DNA of 63,926 nucleotides, filler included, from Octopus bimaculoides (lineage: Eukaryota), in the NCBI RefSeq assembly GCF_001194135.2. It is 4 parts of 4 records of this genome, joined end to end, with 100 filler letters (N's around TTAATTAATTAA, not from the genome) between each part and the next. Parts side by side here need not be neighbours in the genome. Positions count along the whole stretch, not along the records: positions 58,778 to 63,926 come from NC_069005.1; 3 more parts are not named here. The stretch is one strand, 5' to 3'. The position numbers were made by a program, and so were the translations under genes. Of the stretch, positions 62,990 through 63,926 are shown one piece after another (positions within the stretch are counted from its first letter, which is position 1; every line of letters begins with the position of its first letter). The notes beneath the pieces are model-generated. The model was not told where the DNA came from and ran no database searches. It was given only the letters and a program-made list of their open reading frames with translations.

Positions 62990-63613
62990 ATTAATAATGA
63001 TGAGGAGAATGGAGATTTTTCTGTTTCTGTGATGGTATTTGGAGCCGTGAAGAGTGGTGGAAGTGTTATGGGTCCACACTTCATCTCATTTAAAAATCAG
63101 CACAGAAAAAGAGTATCTGGACATACTGAAGAACTCTATTATCTCGAATGGAGCACAAGTTTGAGTTTGACAATGAAGTGCTTATCCAGGATTCTGCACA
63201 ATGCCATGGATCAAAAGCAACACAGGCCTTCCTTGGTGAGAAGGCGCCATTTTTTGTGAAGGCCAACACGTGGCCCAGTAATAGCCCAGATCACAATCTT
63301 CTTGATTACTTTTTATGGGGTGTACTTTAAGCAAACACCATTGCTTCACCACACACAAGTGTCAACAGATTGAAGACCTGCATTGTACGTGCAACACACA
63401 ATATCAAAAGGGTGGAGGTTGCAGCACCTGCAAAAAAAATTTATTTACATGTGGAGGTAGTAATTGCCCAAAAGGGTGGCCATATTGACTGACAAATGTT
63501 TTTGTTGTACTAAATGTTACATTAAAATTATATCTGTCTCCTACTATTATTTTAGTATTTACAACCAGTTTTGTGCATCATAACAATTGTCTCAATTTAT
63601 CTGCAAGACCATG
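62990..63613 (+). mobile_element. maT-family (DD37D) Tc1/mariner relic, 3' half with TIR
   Basis: VMVFGAV, then QDSAQCH...WPSNSPDHNLLDY with 37 residues between the two Asp; GGHI end; terminus ...AATTTATCTGCAAGACCATG|TA. Confidence 0.85.
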
Positions 63614-63624
63614 TATGTATATAT

Positions 63625-63657
<33 letters not shown>

Positions 63658-63689
63658 AGTGAATATATATATGTTAATATATATGTATA

Positions 63690-63866
63690 TAGTCAATCCA
63701 AACAAGAACAAGCAAGAAAAAACAATGCGAGGACACGGTATAAGTACTGTGTTACTGCACGCTCAGGAAAGGAAAGAAAAGAAAGAGGATTTCAAGTTTC
63801 AAGCAGAGCTCTTCATCAGAATTATAGAAAAAGTTCAAAGAAGAGAAGACAGAGAAAGAAAATCAC
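63690..63866 (-). mobile_element. Penelope-type terminal repeat fragment with decayed hammerhead motif (63790-63822), embedded in (TA)n
   Basis: Minus strand TTCTGATGAAGAGCTCTGCTTGAAACTTGAAA; homologous to 50189-50365. Confidence 0.65.
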
Positions 63867-63926
63867 CAACGATACATATATATATATGATACATATATAT
63901 AAATATATGATACATATATGAATATA

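Overview
AT-rich, microsatellite-dense animal genomic DNA, most likely Octopus (inferred from the SINE, RTE and Penelope repeat families recognised from memory). About 10% is N gaps, so every X-containing ORF in the track is an artefact. Three identical 100-bp spacers (44N-TTAATTAATTAA-44N) split the window into four joined scaffolds: 1-20679, 20780-50088, 50189-58677 and 58778-63926. Host genes: (1) three phase-compatible minus-strand exons of a polypeptide N-acetylgalactosaminyltransferase (15758-16182, 13713-13882, 3231-3408; the gene continues past base 1), in which the Mn-binding DXH motif reads ESH; (2) a cleanly spliced minus-strand exon (61302-61473) resembling the biotin-protein-ligase N-terminal (BPL_N) domain; (3) candidate plus-strand exons of an unidentified gene in a strongly CpG-depleted block. 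The rest is decayed mobile DNA: Helitron Rep and helicase pieces, RTE LINEs, a Penelope RT, Ty3/Gypsy relics, an RLE-type LINE, Tc1 (DD36E spacing), mariner, maT (DD37D), piggyBac- and pogo-like MITEs, and two abundant SINE families. Best leads: the ESH GalNAc-T, four hammerhead-ribozyme-like motifs, a SINE abutting the GALNT start codon, the BPL_N exon, the DD36E transposon and the CpG-depleted domain. I found no convincing wholly new system.
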